Below are positions 37,677 to 46,783 of a DNA stretch of 64,000 bases, piece by piece. A program made the position numbers and the translations under genes. Source of the stretch: Klebsiella phage FKP3. Every line of letters starts with the position of its first letter. Position 1 is the first letter of the stretch. Under the pieces are notes generated by a model, which did no database searches, was not told the DNA's origin, and saw nothing but the letters and a program-made list of their open reading frames with translations. The DNA is taken from the sequence record PP895363.1; one strand, 5' to 3'.

Positions 37677-38226
37677 ACTGGTGATCGGTGCAATCATTAT
37701 CGGCCTAGGTGTTACAATGCTGAGCGCATGTGATGACGATGTTCCAGCACAAACCCAATACATCCCTGCGCCGCAGCAACAACAAGTGGATGAGCAGTAT
37801 GTTAACCAACAACCTCCACAAGTGATTCAGTCTGCTCCTGCGCCTGTTATCGTGCAGAGTGGCAGTCATGATTCCGGTGTTGGAGACTTTGCAACAGGTA
37901 TGATTTTAGGTCACATGATGTCTGGTGGTGGTAACAATGGCGGTGGTTATAGCAATAACTCTAGCCGTACCACGATCATCAATAACAACACTGTGGCTCA
38001 ACCACGCAGTAGCTACTCCTCAAATAGCCGTAGCTCTTATTCAACAAATAAGCAGGTGTATCAAAGCCAACCACGTTCAACGAGCACCCAAACGTATTCA
38101 CGTCCTACTATGAATACTAACAGTAGTTATACTACTAAAAAATCCTACTCTAGCCCACTAAGTTCTTCTCGTAGCTACAGTAGTTCTTCTAGCCGTAAAA
38201 GTTATAGCTCTAGTCGTCGTCGCTAA
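37663..38226 (+). CDS. lipoprotein with Ser/Tyr/Asn-rich low-complexity C-terminal half
   Basis: lipobox LSAC; repeats SYSSNSRSSYS..RSYSSSSSRKSYSSSRRR. Confidence 0.5.
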   Translation: MNKTKLVIGAIIIGLGVTMLSACDDDVPAQTQYIPAPQQQQVDEQYVNQQPPQVIQSAPAPVIVQSGSHDSGVGDFATGMILGHMMSGGGNNGGGYSNNSSRTTIINNNTVAQPRSSYSSNSRSSYSTNKQVYQSQPRSTSTQTYSRPTMNTNSSYTTKKSYSSPLSSSRSYSSSSSRKSYSSSRRR

Positions 38227-38238
38227 TAAGGAGGAAAC

Positions 38239-38478
38239 ATGTTTAATAATGCAAAGAAAGGTGATATCGCGGTAATGGTAGATACGGACTTTTCAGCACA
38301 CGGAGATAAAGATCAACTGGAGATTGTCCTAGTTGACGAAGAGGGTATCTACGTCTACGATCCGAATGACAGACTCCTTTTCGAACATGCCAGTGGTGTT
38401 GAATACAGCTTCTGTATTGACTTCAACGGTAAGTTGGCAGGACGTGAGCCAGCAATTAAAGAAATCATTCCGCAGTAA
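38239..38478 (+). CDS. hypothetical protein
   Basis: ORF 79 aa. Confidence 0.45.
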   Translation: MFNNAKKGDIAVMVDTDFSAHGDKDQLEIVLVDEEGIYVYDPNDRLLFEHASGVEYSFCIDFNGKLAGREPAIKEIIPQ

Positions 38479-39445
38479 GGTTGACTTTTGCTTAGGGATA
38501 CTTCATAGTGTCCCTTGTCAAGAGAAATAAATAAATGAAGGAGAAAGTATGAAACTTATTTTAGGTCGTGTGTACAATCTGAGCGGTTCCAGTTTTTCTA
38601 CACAAGTTTTAGAAGATAATAATAATCTGTTCTGGCTGGATCACATTGATCAGAGGATGAACGAGTGGCGTTTTAAAGGTTTGACTACAGGGGATTTTCA
38701 GTGGTCAAGCGCGGCTATGATCCGTGCTGGTGAAGCAGAAATTTTCTTGGTAGATGATAAACCGAAACGTGGTAAGCGTAAGAAAGGCCCATCTCGTAAA
38801 GCACCAAGTGTGAATAAGGCGACTATTCTGTTCATGAGCGGGGAAACCTACACTGTAAAAGGCTTTGTGTCCCTTGAAGCCACTGCTGAAAAAACTGTGT
38901 TTATTATGGAAGACACTTGGAAGGATACAGTAAATAGCCGTAATGGCGACTATTCTGTTCATGAGCGGGGAAACCTACACTGTAAAAGGCTTTGTGTCCC
39001 TTGAAGCCACTGCTGAAAAAACTGTGTTTATTATGGAAGACACTTGGAAGGATACAGTAAATAGCCGTAATGCAATCACTGTGTACAATGAGGATATTGC
39101 GCAGATAGATGTTCGTGGAATTAAGCATCAAGTGGTATTAGATATGGCTTTGAAAGATGAAGGCACGTTAGTGCTTCATTCTAAAGATATGCTAATATTT
39201 TTATCAGATCTAACTATTGCGGAATAAATAACAAAAGATGCATAGTACAAGAGATATTCTAAATTTATGGAAAACTACATTATGTAAATTTAAAGAAGAC
39301 TTTCCTGAATACGATGCCCTGCTAAAGGCCAACGGATGGCGAGCAGGTGTTAGAGAAAAAAGAAATAAATCTTTTGGTTGGGCAGATAATAGAAGTAAGT
39401 TAGTTATTATCAATTGGCATCTGCATAAAAACTCGGAAGAGCATA
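38446..39445. repeat. tandem duplication unit 1 (exactly 1000 bp)
   Basis: 38446-39445 identical to 39446-40445. Confidence 0.9.
38549..39227 (+). pseudogene. gene disrupted by internal 127-bp tandem duplication (two ORF fragments 38549..39004 and 38943..39227)
   Basis: 127-bp unit 38819-38945 repeated at 38946-39072 shifts frame; junction creates a new in-frame ATG for the C-terminal fragment. Confidence 0.6.
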
Positions 39446-39459
39446 GAGCCAGCAATTAA
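39238..39459 (+). pseudogene. truncated copy of SprT-like gene (N-terminal 70 codons) ending at duplication junction
   Basis: identical to first 208 nt of 40238..40816, then diverges at the 1000-bp repeat boundary. Confidence 0.6.
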
Positions 39460-40445
39460 AGAAATCATTCCGCAGTAAGGTTGACTTTTGCTTAGGGATA
39501 CTTCATAGTGTCCCTTGTCAAGAGAAATAAATAAATGAAGGAGAAAGTATGAAACTTATTTTAGGTCGTGTGTACAATCTGAGCGGTTCCAGTTTTTCTA
39601 CACAAGTTTTAGAAGATAATAATAATCTGTTCTGGCTGGATCACATTGATCAGAGGATGAACGAGTGGCGTTTTAAAGGTTTGACTACAGGGGATTTTCA
39701 GTGGTCAAGCGCGGCTATGATCCGTGCTGGTGAAGCAGAAATTTTCTTGGTAGATGATAAACCGAAACGTGGTAAGCGTAAGAAAGGCCCATCTCGTAAA
39801 GCACCAAGTGTGAATAAGGCGACTATTCTGTTCATGAGCGGGGAAACCTACACTGTAAAAGGCTTTGTGTCCCTTGAAGCCACTGCTGAAAAAACTGTGT
39901 TTATTATGGAAGACACTTGGAAGGATACAGTAAATAGCCGTAATGGCGACTATTCTGTTCATGAGCGGGGAAACCTACACTGTAAAAGGCTTTGTGTCCC
40001 TTGAAGCCACTGCTGAAAAAACTGTGTTTATTATGGAAGACACTTGGAAGGATACAGTAAATAGCCGTAATGCAATCACTGTGTACAATGAGGATATTGC
40101 GCAGATAGATGTTCGTGGAATTAAGCATCAAGTGGTATTAGATATGGCTTTGAAAGATGAAGGCACGTTAGTGCTTCATTCTAAAGATATGCTAATATTT
40201 TTATCAGATCTAACTATTGCGGAATAAATAACAAAAGATGCATAGTACAAGAGATATTCTAAATTTATGGAAAACTACATTATGTAAATTTAAAGAAGAC
40301 TTTCCTGAATACGATGCCCTGCTAAAGGCCAACGGATGGCGAGCAGGTGTTAGAGAAAAAAGAAATAAATCTTTTGGTTGGGCAGATAATAGAAGTAAGT
40401 TAGTTATTATCAATTGGCATCTGCATAAAAACTCGGAAGAGCATA
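39446..40445. repeat. tandem duplication unit 2 (exactly 1000 bp)
   Basis: exact copy of the preceding 1000 bp. Confidence 0.9.
39549..40227 (+). pseudogene. second copy of the 127-bp-duplication-disrupted gene
   Basis: identical to 38549..39227. Confidence 0.6.
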
Positions 40446-40816
40446 ACATTGTTGATACTATGCTACATGAGATAGCCCATGCAATAGATTTTTGTAAAAG
40501 AGGTAGATCTGATCATGGCGCTGCATGGAAAGCAATAGCGCAGGAAATAGGAGCTATTCCTAAAGCTGTATCAAAGCGTTCTGTTAAAACAGAATATCCT
40601 TGGGTAATGGCTCTCGTATCAGATGGCGAATTAAGATTTATCAGAGGGTATAATCGCCGTCCTTCTAGGCAAAAACCTAATAGTATAATGTGGGGAACCT
40701 ACCTTAGTAAAGATAAGGAAGGAACCATTGATAAAATTTGGTTATTGTCTTGGGAAGAATGGCTTAAGAAGTGTGATGCTATGGGGATCTCTCCCTACTA
40801 TGAAGACAGAAAATAA
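40238..40816 (+). CDS. SprT-like zinc metallopeptidase-domain protein
   Basis: HEIAH (HExxH) motif in TMLHEIAHAIDF context, about 190 aa. Confidence 0.5.
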   Translation: MHSTRDILNLWKTTLCKFKEDFPEYDALLKANGWRAGVREKRNKSFGWADNRSKLVIINWHLHKNSEEHNIVDTMLHEIAHAIDFCKRGRSDHGAAWKAIAQEIGAIPKAVSKRSVKTEYPWVMALVSDGELRFIRGYNRRPSRQKPNSIMWGTYLSKDKEGTIDKIWLLSWEEWLKKCDAMGISPYYEDRK

Positions 40817-40825
40817 GGAGGCAAC

Positions 40826-41923
40826 ATGTCTAGTCCATTTTTAACTGCTGTTAAAACAACTCCAAGCAAGAGTGCATTGGCTGCAAAAGAAGATACACGG
40901 TCGGCATTAGCCCCAACTGTCTTTGATTCTAGCCCTGTGTATGCGCCTGCTGTAGTAAAACCTGTTCCAGACCTCCCTGCAATGACTCGTAAAGAGATTG
41001 ATAATGTAGGTGCAGAGGCTGGATTAACTCTACGTAGTTTAAACAATGAAGTGCTGAAACATCAGCGTGGTAATCAGGGTGGAGAGATGAATGAACGTCT
41101 CACCGCTCTTATTAAACAAGCTAAACAATTAGACCCCAGCGCGATTAAACAATCGAAGGGTGTTGGCAAGTTCATCAAAAAGTTGATGGGTATGAAAGAA
41201 GACCTGTTTGCAGAGTATGATACTATTAATAATCGTATTGATGTTCTTGTCAAAGAACTGGAGGGCGATGTTAGAAAAGAAGAAGATTCTCTTGTTTATC
41301 TCGAAAAACTTAAAATGGCTATTGGACAATATGCATTAAGTTTAAATCGGGATGTAGAACTTTTGACAGATACCTATGAGAAAGAAGAAGCACGTTTCAA
41401 TATGCTACCAGAGGATCAGGTCGAAGAACGCCAAGCTGTGCGTGATACTTTAGACATTCTGGAGATCCGTATTGCCGACTTAAAAGCGCTGCGTCTTCTT
41501 TGTGTCCAAATGGGGCCACGTGTTAATAGTATGATCAAAGTAAGCGAAATGCTTATGCGATCTGCACGTAACATCGTGAACAATGTTATTCCAGCGTACT
41601 CTGCCAACTTCTCAATGTATATTGAGAGTTTGCGTCAGGCAGAAGCTGGTCAAACCCAAGCTAATGTATTGGATGAATTCCAAGTAGCGCTAAAAATGGG
41701 TAGTGATTTAGCAGCACAAAATATTATTACTGCAACTGAACTCTCTAATCGTCAAGTGCTGGATATTGAAACACTCCGTCACGATCAAGAAAATCTGGTA
41801 CGTATGCTGGAAGAAACAAACCGAATCAATACTGAAGCACGTGCTGCCCGTATTGAGTACATCAATGAAGTACAATCCCTAGAGGATGGGATGGTACAGA
41901 AAGTCAAAGCTGGTTTAGTCTAA
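40826..41923 (+). CDS. TelA-like (toxic anion resistance family) coiled-coil protein
   Basis: length, Ala/Pro/Ser-rich N-terminus followed by long helical Glu/Leu/Arg-rich region resembling TelA/YceH; context next to TerC/TerD genes; no motif check possible. Confidence 0.45.
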   Translation: MSSPFLTAVKTTPSKSALAAKEDTRSALAPTVFDSSPVYAPAVVKPVPDLPAMTRKEIDNVGAEAGLTLRSLNNEVLKHQRGNQGGEMNERLTALIKQAKQLDPSAIKQSKGVGKFIKKLMGMKEDLFAEYDTINNRIDVLVKELEGDVRKEEDSLVYLEKLKMAIGQYALSLNRDVELLTDTYEKEEARFNMLPEDQVEERQAVRDTLDILEIRIADLKALRLLCVQMGPRVNSMIKVSEMLMRSARNIVNNVIPAYSANFSMYIESLRQAEAGQTQANVLDEFQVALKMGSDLAAQNIITATELSNRQVLDIETLRHDQENLVRMLEETNRINTEARAARIEYINEVQSLEDGMVQKVKAGLV

Positions 41924-41932
41924 GGAGAAATT

Positions 41933-42133
41933 ATGCTTATTCGTGTATACAAAGGCAAAGACGCAATTTTAGTGAGATATGATGGGGAACTACGTGTAGC
42001 ACCTATGGGAGTATCTTGGTTAGGTAGGGGTTTTATCTCAATGGTCACAGATTTGAGACATTTATATTCTTATGACCCTATCACTGAAAAGCAGTTAGCA
42101 GGTCTAGAAATCCTCCTAGAGGAGGTGTGCTAA
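41933..42133 (+). CDS. hypothetical protein
   Basis: ORF 66 aa. Confidence 0.4.
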   Translation: MLIRVYKGKDAILVRYDGELRVAPMGVSWLGRGFISMVTDLRHLYSYDPITEKQLAGLEILLEEVC

Positions 42134-42348
42134 TGAAAGTAGCTATTCTTATTGAAGATTGTGGAGATGGGAGTTCTTGTCTTCGTTGGTTTAAAGACCT
42201 TGACTTAGCCGAGGCACTGGCGTATAGTGATGATTATTGCGAAGAATTCGGTGGTAGTGAAGGTACAACAGTGATTGAAGTTGGTGACGACTTTATCCCA
42301 CCTGGTGGTTTCGATGACAACTGTGAATGGGATATCACCGATGAATGA
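42127..42348 (+). CDS. small highly acidic protein
   Basis: about 30% Asp/Glu. Confidence 0.45.
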   Translation: MLMKVAILIEDCGDGSSCLRWFKDLDLAEALAYSDDYCEEFGGSEGTTVIEVGDDFIPPGGFDDNCEWDITDE

Positions 42349-42532
42349 TAAAATTGTCTTGACACGCCTTGAGTTAAAGACTATCATCGAAGACGCTTTC
42401 ATAGATGGTTGGAATACACAAGATAACGATTGGGCCTCTGCGGAGGCATATCTTGAACATCACAATGACTATGGTGATGAGTGTGAAACAACTATTGCAC
42501 TTAAAAACTTAATGGAGGGCAATAATGAGTGA
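42341..42532 (+). CDS. hypothetical protein (internal ATG start)
   Basis: in frame with track ORF 42275..42532. Confidence 0.35.
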   Translation: MNDKIVLTRLELKTIIEDAFIDGWNTQDNDWASAEAYLEHHNDYGDECETTIALKNLMEGNNE

Positions 42533-42687
42533 AGAATTTTTGACTTGGTTTGAACGATTTTATGAAAGTAAACCTTACTTTACAAAGGAAGAAAAAGAAG
42601 AGCTTAAGTTTCACACATGGTTTGCATGGCGCGATTCACGCCGTGCAGATGACTTAAAAGAAGTTGAAAAAGGAGATAAAGAATGAG
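42526..42687 (+). CDS. small hypothetical protein
   Basis: hand-found 53-aa ORF. Confidence 0.3.
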
Positions 42688-43477
42688 CGAAAAAATTAGT
42701 CTGGTTAAACGCCAAGAGAAACTCGTAATCAGCCTCAAAAAGAAAAAGATCGCACAGATCACCCTGCGTGTAGCATCTGCGCTGGATATCTCAGGTAGTA
42801 TGGGTAGTCTGTATCGTAATGGTACTGTAAGTGATTTTGTAGGTAAACTCTTACCGTTTGGTATGCAATTTGACGATAATGCTCAGATTGATATGTGGGC
42901 GTTTGACCACGGCTGTCGTGAGCTGCCTCCTGCAACAGCGTCTGTCTATGATGATTATGTAGGCAAGTGTATGCGTGGTATTTCAATCTCCGGTGGTACA
43001 GCCTATGCTCCAGTGATGCAAGAGATTTATGATGAGTATTTTGGTAAAGTACCTATGAAAACCGTCTCTCGTGAGATCGATATACAGGAAAAACGTCCTG
43101 TGAGTGGTTTCTTTGCTAAGCTGACAGGCAAAACCGAAACTGTAACTGTGAAGAAAACTATCACTGAACAAGTACCAGATACTTCTGTGCCAGTCGATAC
43201 AACCCCCGCTATGGTGTTCTTCCAGACAGATGGCGACAACTCTGATAAAGAAGCCGTGCGTAGCCTGCTTTCTCGTAACCGTGGCAAACCTATTTATTGG
43301 TTTATGGTGGGCGTAGGTCAGGAAAGCTTTAGCTTCCTGAAAGAACTCGCTCGTGATTACGATAACGTCGATTTTATTGGCGTAGATGACCTTGACCTTT
43401 CAGATGAAGAACTGTATGATAAGCTTCTGTCTGACGAATTTGGTCAGTGGGTTGAGAAAGTTGGTGCAAAAAGCTAA
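42683..43477 (+). CDS. von Willebrand factor A (vWA) domain protein, TerY-like
   Basis: MIDAS motif LDISGSMGS near N-terminus. Confidence 0.55.
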   Translation: MSEKISLVKRQEKLVISLKKKKIAQITLRVASALDISGSMGSLYRNGTVSDFVGKLLPFGMQFDDNAQIDMWAFDHGCRELPPATASVYDDYVGKCMRGISISGGTAYAPVMQEIYDEYFGKVPMKTVSREIDIQEKRPVSGFFAKLTGKTETVTVKKTITEQVPDTSVPVDTTPAMVFFQTDGDNSDKEAVRSLLSRNRGKPIYWFMVGVGQESFSFLKELARDYDNVDFIGVDDLDLSDEELYDKLLSDEFGQWVEKVGAKS

Positions 43478-43571
43478 AATATTTCTTGACACTTAGAAAG
43501 AAAAGAGTAGAATAAGTTTCACAAAGGGGAGAGATGGCTCTCCCCAGTAAACAAAATAAAGGAGAATATAC

Positions 43572-44174
43572 ATGTCTGAGAAAATTTCCCTCAAAAAAGG
43601 TTCTAGCGAAAAGATTTCCCTGAAGAAAATTGCTCCGCTGCTTAAAGAAATCCGTCTGGAGTTTAGCTGGAAATCTGGTGGTAAACTTGATCTGGACGTT
43701 AGTGCGCTGATTTGCCGTCATAACGCTGCTGGCAACCCAGAGATGCTTTCTGCACGTCATTTAGTGTGCTATGGTAATAAGTTCGACCCAGAGCGTTCTA
43801 CTTTTGCAGGTGCAGATGTTCGTGATGGTACTGGGGAAATGGAACAAATCGACATTACTCTGGATAAAATCTCTGCAAATGCTAATGAGGTAGCTTTTGT
43901 GATTACTATCGACGACGATACTGGTCGTGCTCGCTTAGGTAATGCTACCGAAGGTATGCTGAAAATCTTCGACGCAGAACGTAACGTTGAGATCCTGGAC
44001 TTTGACTTCCTTGCACCGGAAGTTGCTGGTAATACTATCTGCCACGTAGCATCTCTTGTTCGTGAAGACGGTGAATGGAAACTGAAAGCATATGGGGTTG
44101 GTAAAGCTGGTATGGATATTTGCGATGTAGTTGCTGCCTTTGGTGGCGATCCTGCCTGGTACGAATGCCCGTAA
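43572..44174 (+). CDS. terD: TerD-family protein
   Basis: colinear with E. coli TerD: MSxxISLKKG, LDLDxSAL, GTGEMEQIDITLDKIS...VAFVITIDD, GEWKLKAYGVGKAG. Confidence 0.8.
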   Translation: MSEKISLKKGSSEKISLKKIAPLLKEIRLEFSWKSGGKLDLDVSALICRHNAAGNPEMLSARHLVCYGNKFDPERSTFAGADVRDGTGEMEQIDITLDKISANANEVAFVITIDDDTGRARLGNATEGMLKIFDAERNVEILDFDFLAPEVAGNTICHVASLVREDGEWKLKAYGVGKAGMDICDVVAAFGGDPAWYECP

Positions 44175-44235
44175 TCACTATCTATATCGGAGGGTGAAAA
44201 CCCTCCATTTGTAATAAAGAAAAGAGGAGAATAAG

Positions 44236-44850
44236 ATGAGCGCAATTTCTAAACTACAAGATTTGTTCAACAGCAATTTTGCAGTTGATGTAGATTATAA
44301 CGAAGCAAATAGCCGAAAAGTTATTGACCTATTTAAAGTAGTACGGGATCTGGGAGTCGATTACCGCATTGACGAAGCATTTAAAGATACCTGGATGACC
44401 GACGAAGCAAACGATGCTTATTGTATTAATAACTGGCAATATTTTGGTATTCTTAACGGTAATACCTTCCTCAGCGATTGTGCTTGGAGCGATGATAAAC
44501 CCCTGACAGTAAAAGAGTTTGAGGATATTGTTGTTGCAGCGCAAGGTGTCACTTCAGTTTTATCAGCAAAGGATACACTAGGTGGAGATCTGGTGATCAG
44601 TGGTGGTGTAGTTGTTGTTAATTATAAGGATGGTAGTAGTTATCATCTTGAACACGACGGTAAAGCTACACTCAATGTAGCAAGTCGTGTAGTTACCACT
44701 GAGCGTACCTTTCTTAAAGACGGTCAGCCAGCTTACGAGCGCGTGATTGTTAAACTGGAAAGTTTGGAAAGTGTTCAGAGTGATAATCTTAAACTTACTG
44801 TCAACGAAGACGGAACTAAAGTGGATTTCACTACTACTTTCACACTGTAG
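44236..44850 (+). CDS. hypothetical protein
   Basis: ORF 204 aa. Confidence 0.5.
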   Translation: MSAISKLQDLFNSNFAVDVDYNEANSRKVIDLFKVVRDLGVDYRIDEAFKDTWMTDEANDAYCINNWQYFGILNGNTFLSDCAWSDDKPLTVKEFEDIVVAAQGVTSVLSAKDTLGGDLVISGGVVVVNYKDGSSYHLEHDGKATLNVASRVVTTERTFLKDGQPAYERVIVKLESLESVQSDNLKLTVNEDGTKVDFTTTFTL

Positions 44851-44856
44851 TATCAG

Positions 44857-44879
44857 AGGGGCGAAAGCCCCTTTTCTTG
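44857..44879 (+). terminator. GGGGC-GAAA-GCCCC hairpin + ttttctt
   Basis: read directly. Confidence 0.6.
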
Positions 44880-44935
44880 CAAAAAAGTCCTTCTTATGCT
44901 AGAATAATAGTTCGTAAAATAAAAAGGAGGCAAAT

Positions 44936-45451
44936 TTGCTAATACGAAACTTTGTAACAATTGCGTTACTATCATTAACTGCTTTTACATTTACACCTGT
45001 AATCGGCATTGCCGAAGCTGCAAACGTAAAGACCGCTAAAGTAGTTCACAAATGTACAAAGCGAGATACGAAAGAAAATCTTTTAGCTTGTGCGATGTAT
45101 GCCGAAAGCCGAGGGCAAGGTAAAAAAGGAATGGCGGCGGTTGGCAATGTGGTCTTGAATCGCGTTAATGACCCACAATTCCCTAAAACTGTAAAAGATG
45201 TTCTGTTCCAACCCGGACAGTTTTCTTATACCAATAAAGGGGCTTTCAATGTAGTAGAAAAAGATAAATGGCAAGAAGCAAAACATATTGCAGACCGTTT
45301 ACTTTACTTAAATCGTAATTTCCCTGAAGCTAGAGATGCTACGGACTTTACTAAAGGAGCAAAATACTTTAAGAAAAAAAGTATTCGTGTCCATTGGGAA
45401 AAAGATATGACTTTAGTGTACAGATATAAAGAACATCAATTTTACCGGTAG
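44936..45451 (+). CDS. SleB-like cell-wall hydrolase (Hydrolase_2 family) with signal peptide
   Basis: LLACAMYAESRGQGKKGMAAVGNVVLNRVNDPQFPKTVKDVLFQPGQFS is the SleB catalytic-domain signature; TTG start after AAAGGAGG. Confidence 0.6.
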   Translation: MLIRNFVTIALLSLTAFTFTPVIGIAEAANVKTAKVVHKCTKRDTKENLLACAMYAESRGQGKKGMAAVGNVVLNRVNDPQFPKTVKDVLFQPGQFSYTNKGAFNVVEKDKWQEAKHIADRLLYLNRNFPEARDATDFTKGAKYFKKKSIRVHWEKDMTLVYRYKEHQFYR

Positions 45452-45459
45452 GAGGTTAT

Positions 45460-45741
45460 ATGGAAGATGATGCAATTGTTGTTGCCAGTTATCTGATGAT
45501 TGGTTTAACAGAAGAGGATTTACATAATGTAAGAAAACATTTGGAAAGATTTGCAACGTTATTCATCACAGATGAGGAATCTGCGGACTGCTTTTCAATT
45601 GTTGTAATGAGTGATAGTATTTATCCTTGTCTTACCTTACAAGTTAAAACTGAGGTTTGGGAAAGATTCAGTAGAACTCATGATCTGGTGGAGTTCTCTT
45701 GTGTTGTAGCTCAGGATAACATCTTAGGAGCATTACATTAA
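45460..45741 (+). CDS. hypothetical protein
   Basis: ORF 93 aa. Confidence 0.4.
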   Translation: MEDDAIVVASYLMIGLTEEDLHNVRKHLERFATLFITDEESADCFSIVVMSDSIYPCLTLQVKTEVWERFSRTHDLVEFSCVVAQDNILGALH

Positions 45742-45965
45742 TGGGCGATATTATTGAAGTAAATTTCAAAAAGAAAGAAAAAGTTCAAAAATATGTTCTA
45801 ACTAAACACATTTGCATTATCTGTTTCAATTCTGTATTATATGATTCTAGAAGGGAAGATAATGAGCCTTTTATTGAGCTAAATAAAAGTAAAGGGCAAT
45901 GTATTTGTAAAGAATGTTCAGTAGAGATTAAGGGGATTGTAGATGAAAACAAATGGGACGTATGA
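45741..45965 (+). CDS. small zinc-ribbon protein
   Basis: CIICF...CICKEC. Confidence 0.4.
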   Translation: MGDIIEVNFKKKEKVQKYVLTKHICIICFNSVLYDSRREDNEPFIELNKSKGQCICKECSVEIKGIVDENKWDV

Positions 45966-46140
45966 TGTAGAACACTTTGTTGACCTTACTGCGGTAACAG
46001 ATGAGAAGTTGCTAAAGTTGCGTGATGTAGCTGGTGATCATCTCCGAGATACATTCACAGAATATATGGCAGCACGTGATCGTAGTATTGCAATTCAATT
46101 AGAACTACAGAATCGTGGGATCATTAAACCTAAAGATTGA
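45943..46140 (+). CDS. hypothetical protein
   Basis: ORF 65 aa. Confidence 0.35.
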   Translation: MKTNGTYDVEHFVDLTAVTDEKLLKLRDVAGDHLRDTFTEYMAARDRSIAIQLELQNRGIIKPKD

Positions 46141-46203
46141 TAGGCAATACCGATTGGACATTCGCTCTGATCGGTGATACATTAACATTACAGGAGAGGG
46201 AGA

Positions 46204-46773
46204 ATGATTTATCACATCACTCCCTATCTCACTGGTGACATTGGTAAAGGTATCAATGATACTATACGGGTGTTACCAGAAGATAGTTGGATTTGTTTAA
46301 GGGATATCGATACGATGTTCCTACTACCTGAACAACCAATGTGGATTGAAACATTAGTTCGTTCTAATCCGCAGTATGATGTAATTGGGGCATCATGTAA
46401 TAGGCTAGGATCAACATACCAATTATTTGATGGAGAGCGTAGCGAAGACCCAAATATAGAGAATCATATCCAAAAGGCCAGAGTAGCTCGTTTGGTATTT
46501 GGTGGTGATATAGAAGAAGTTCCTTATGGTGTACCATTAGCAGGTTTCTTCCTTTTATTCAGAAAATCACTCTGGCAAGAAATACCTTTCGAAGAAAGGT
46601 CTATTCAGTTCGATCTAATATTCTCAAATAAATTACATTCAGAGGGGAAACGTTTAGGTATCATGCGAGGGATGTATCTTTTTCATACCTATCGTTTAGG
46701 ATCACAAAATCCTCAAATGTCAATTTCACATCTAATACATTGCCAAGATATGGAAAAGGTAATCAAATATTAA
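46204..46773 (+). CDS. hypothetical protein (possibly glycosyltransferase-related)
   Basis: ORF 189 aa; adjacency to GT gene only. Confidence 0.35.
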   Translation: MIYHITPYLTGDIGKGINDTIRVLPEDSWICLRDIDTMFLLPEQPMWIETLVRSNPQYDVIGASCNRLGSTYQLFDGERSEDPNIENHIQKARVARLVFGGDIEEVPYGVPLAGFFLLFRKSLWQEIPFEERSIQFDLIFSNKLHSEGKRLGIMRGMYLFHTYRLGSQNPQMSISHLIHCQDMEKVIKY

Positions 46774-46783
46774 GGAGGGCTTT

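Noticed and set aside
38446-40445. CRISPR array or other short-spaced repeat array
   Set aside because: The repeats are 127 bp, 317 bp and 1000 bp, not 25-40 bp units with unique spacers. No cas genes are present.
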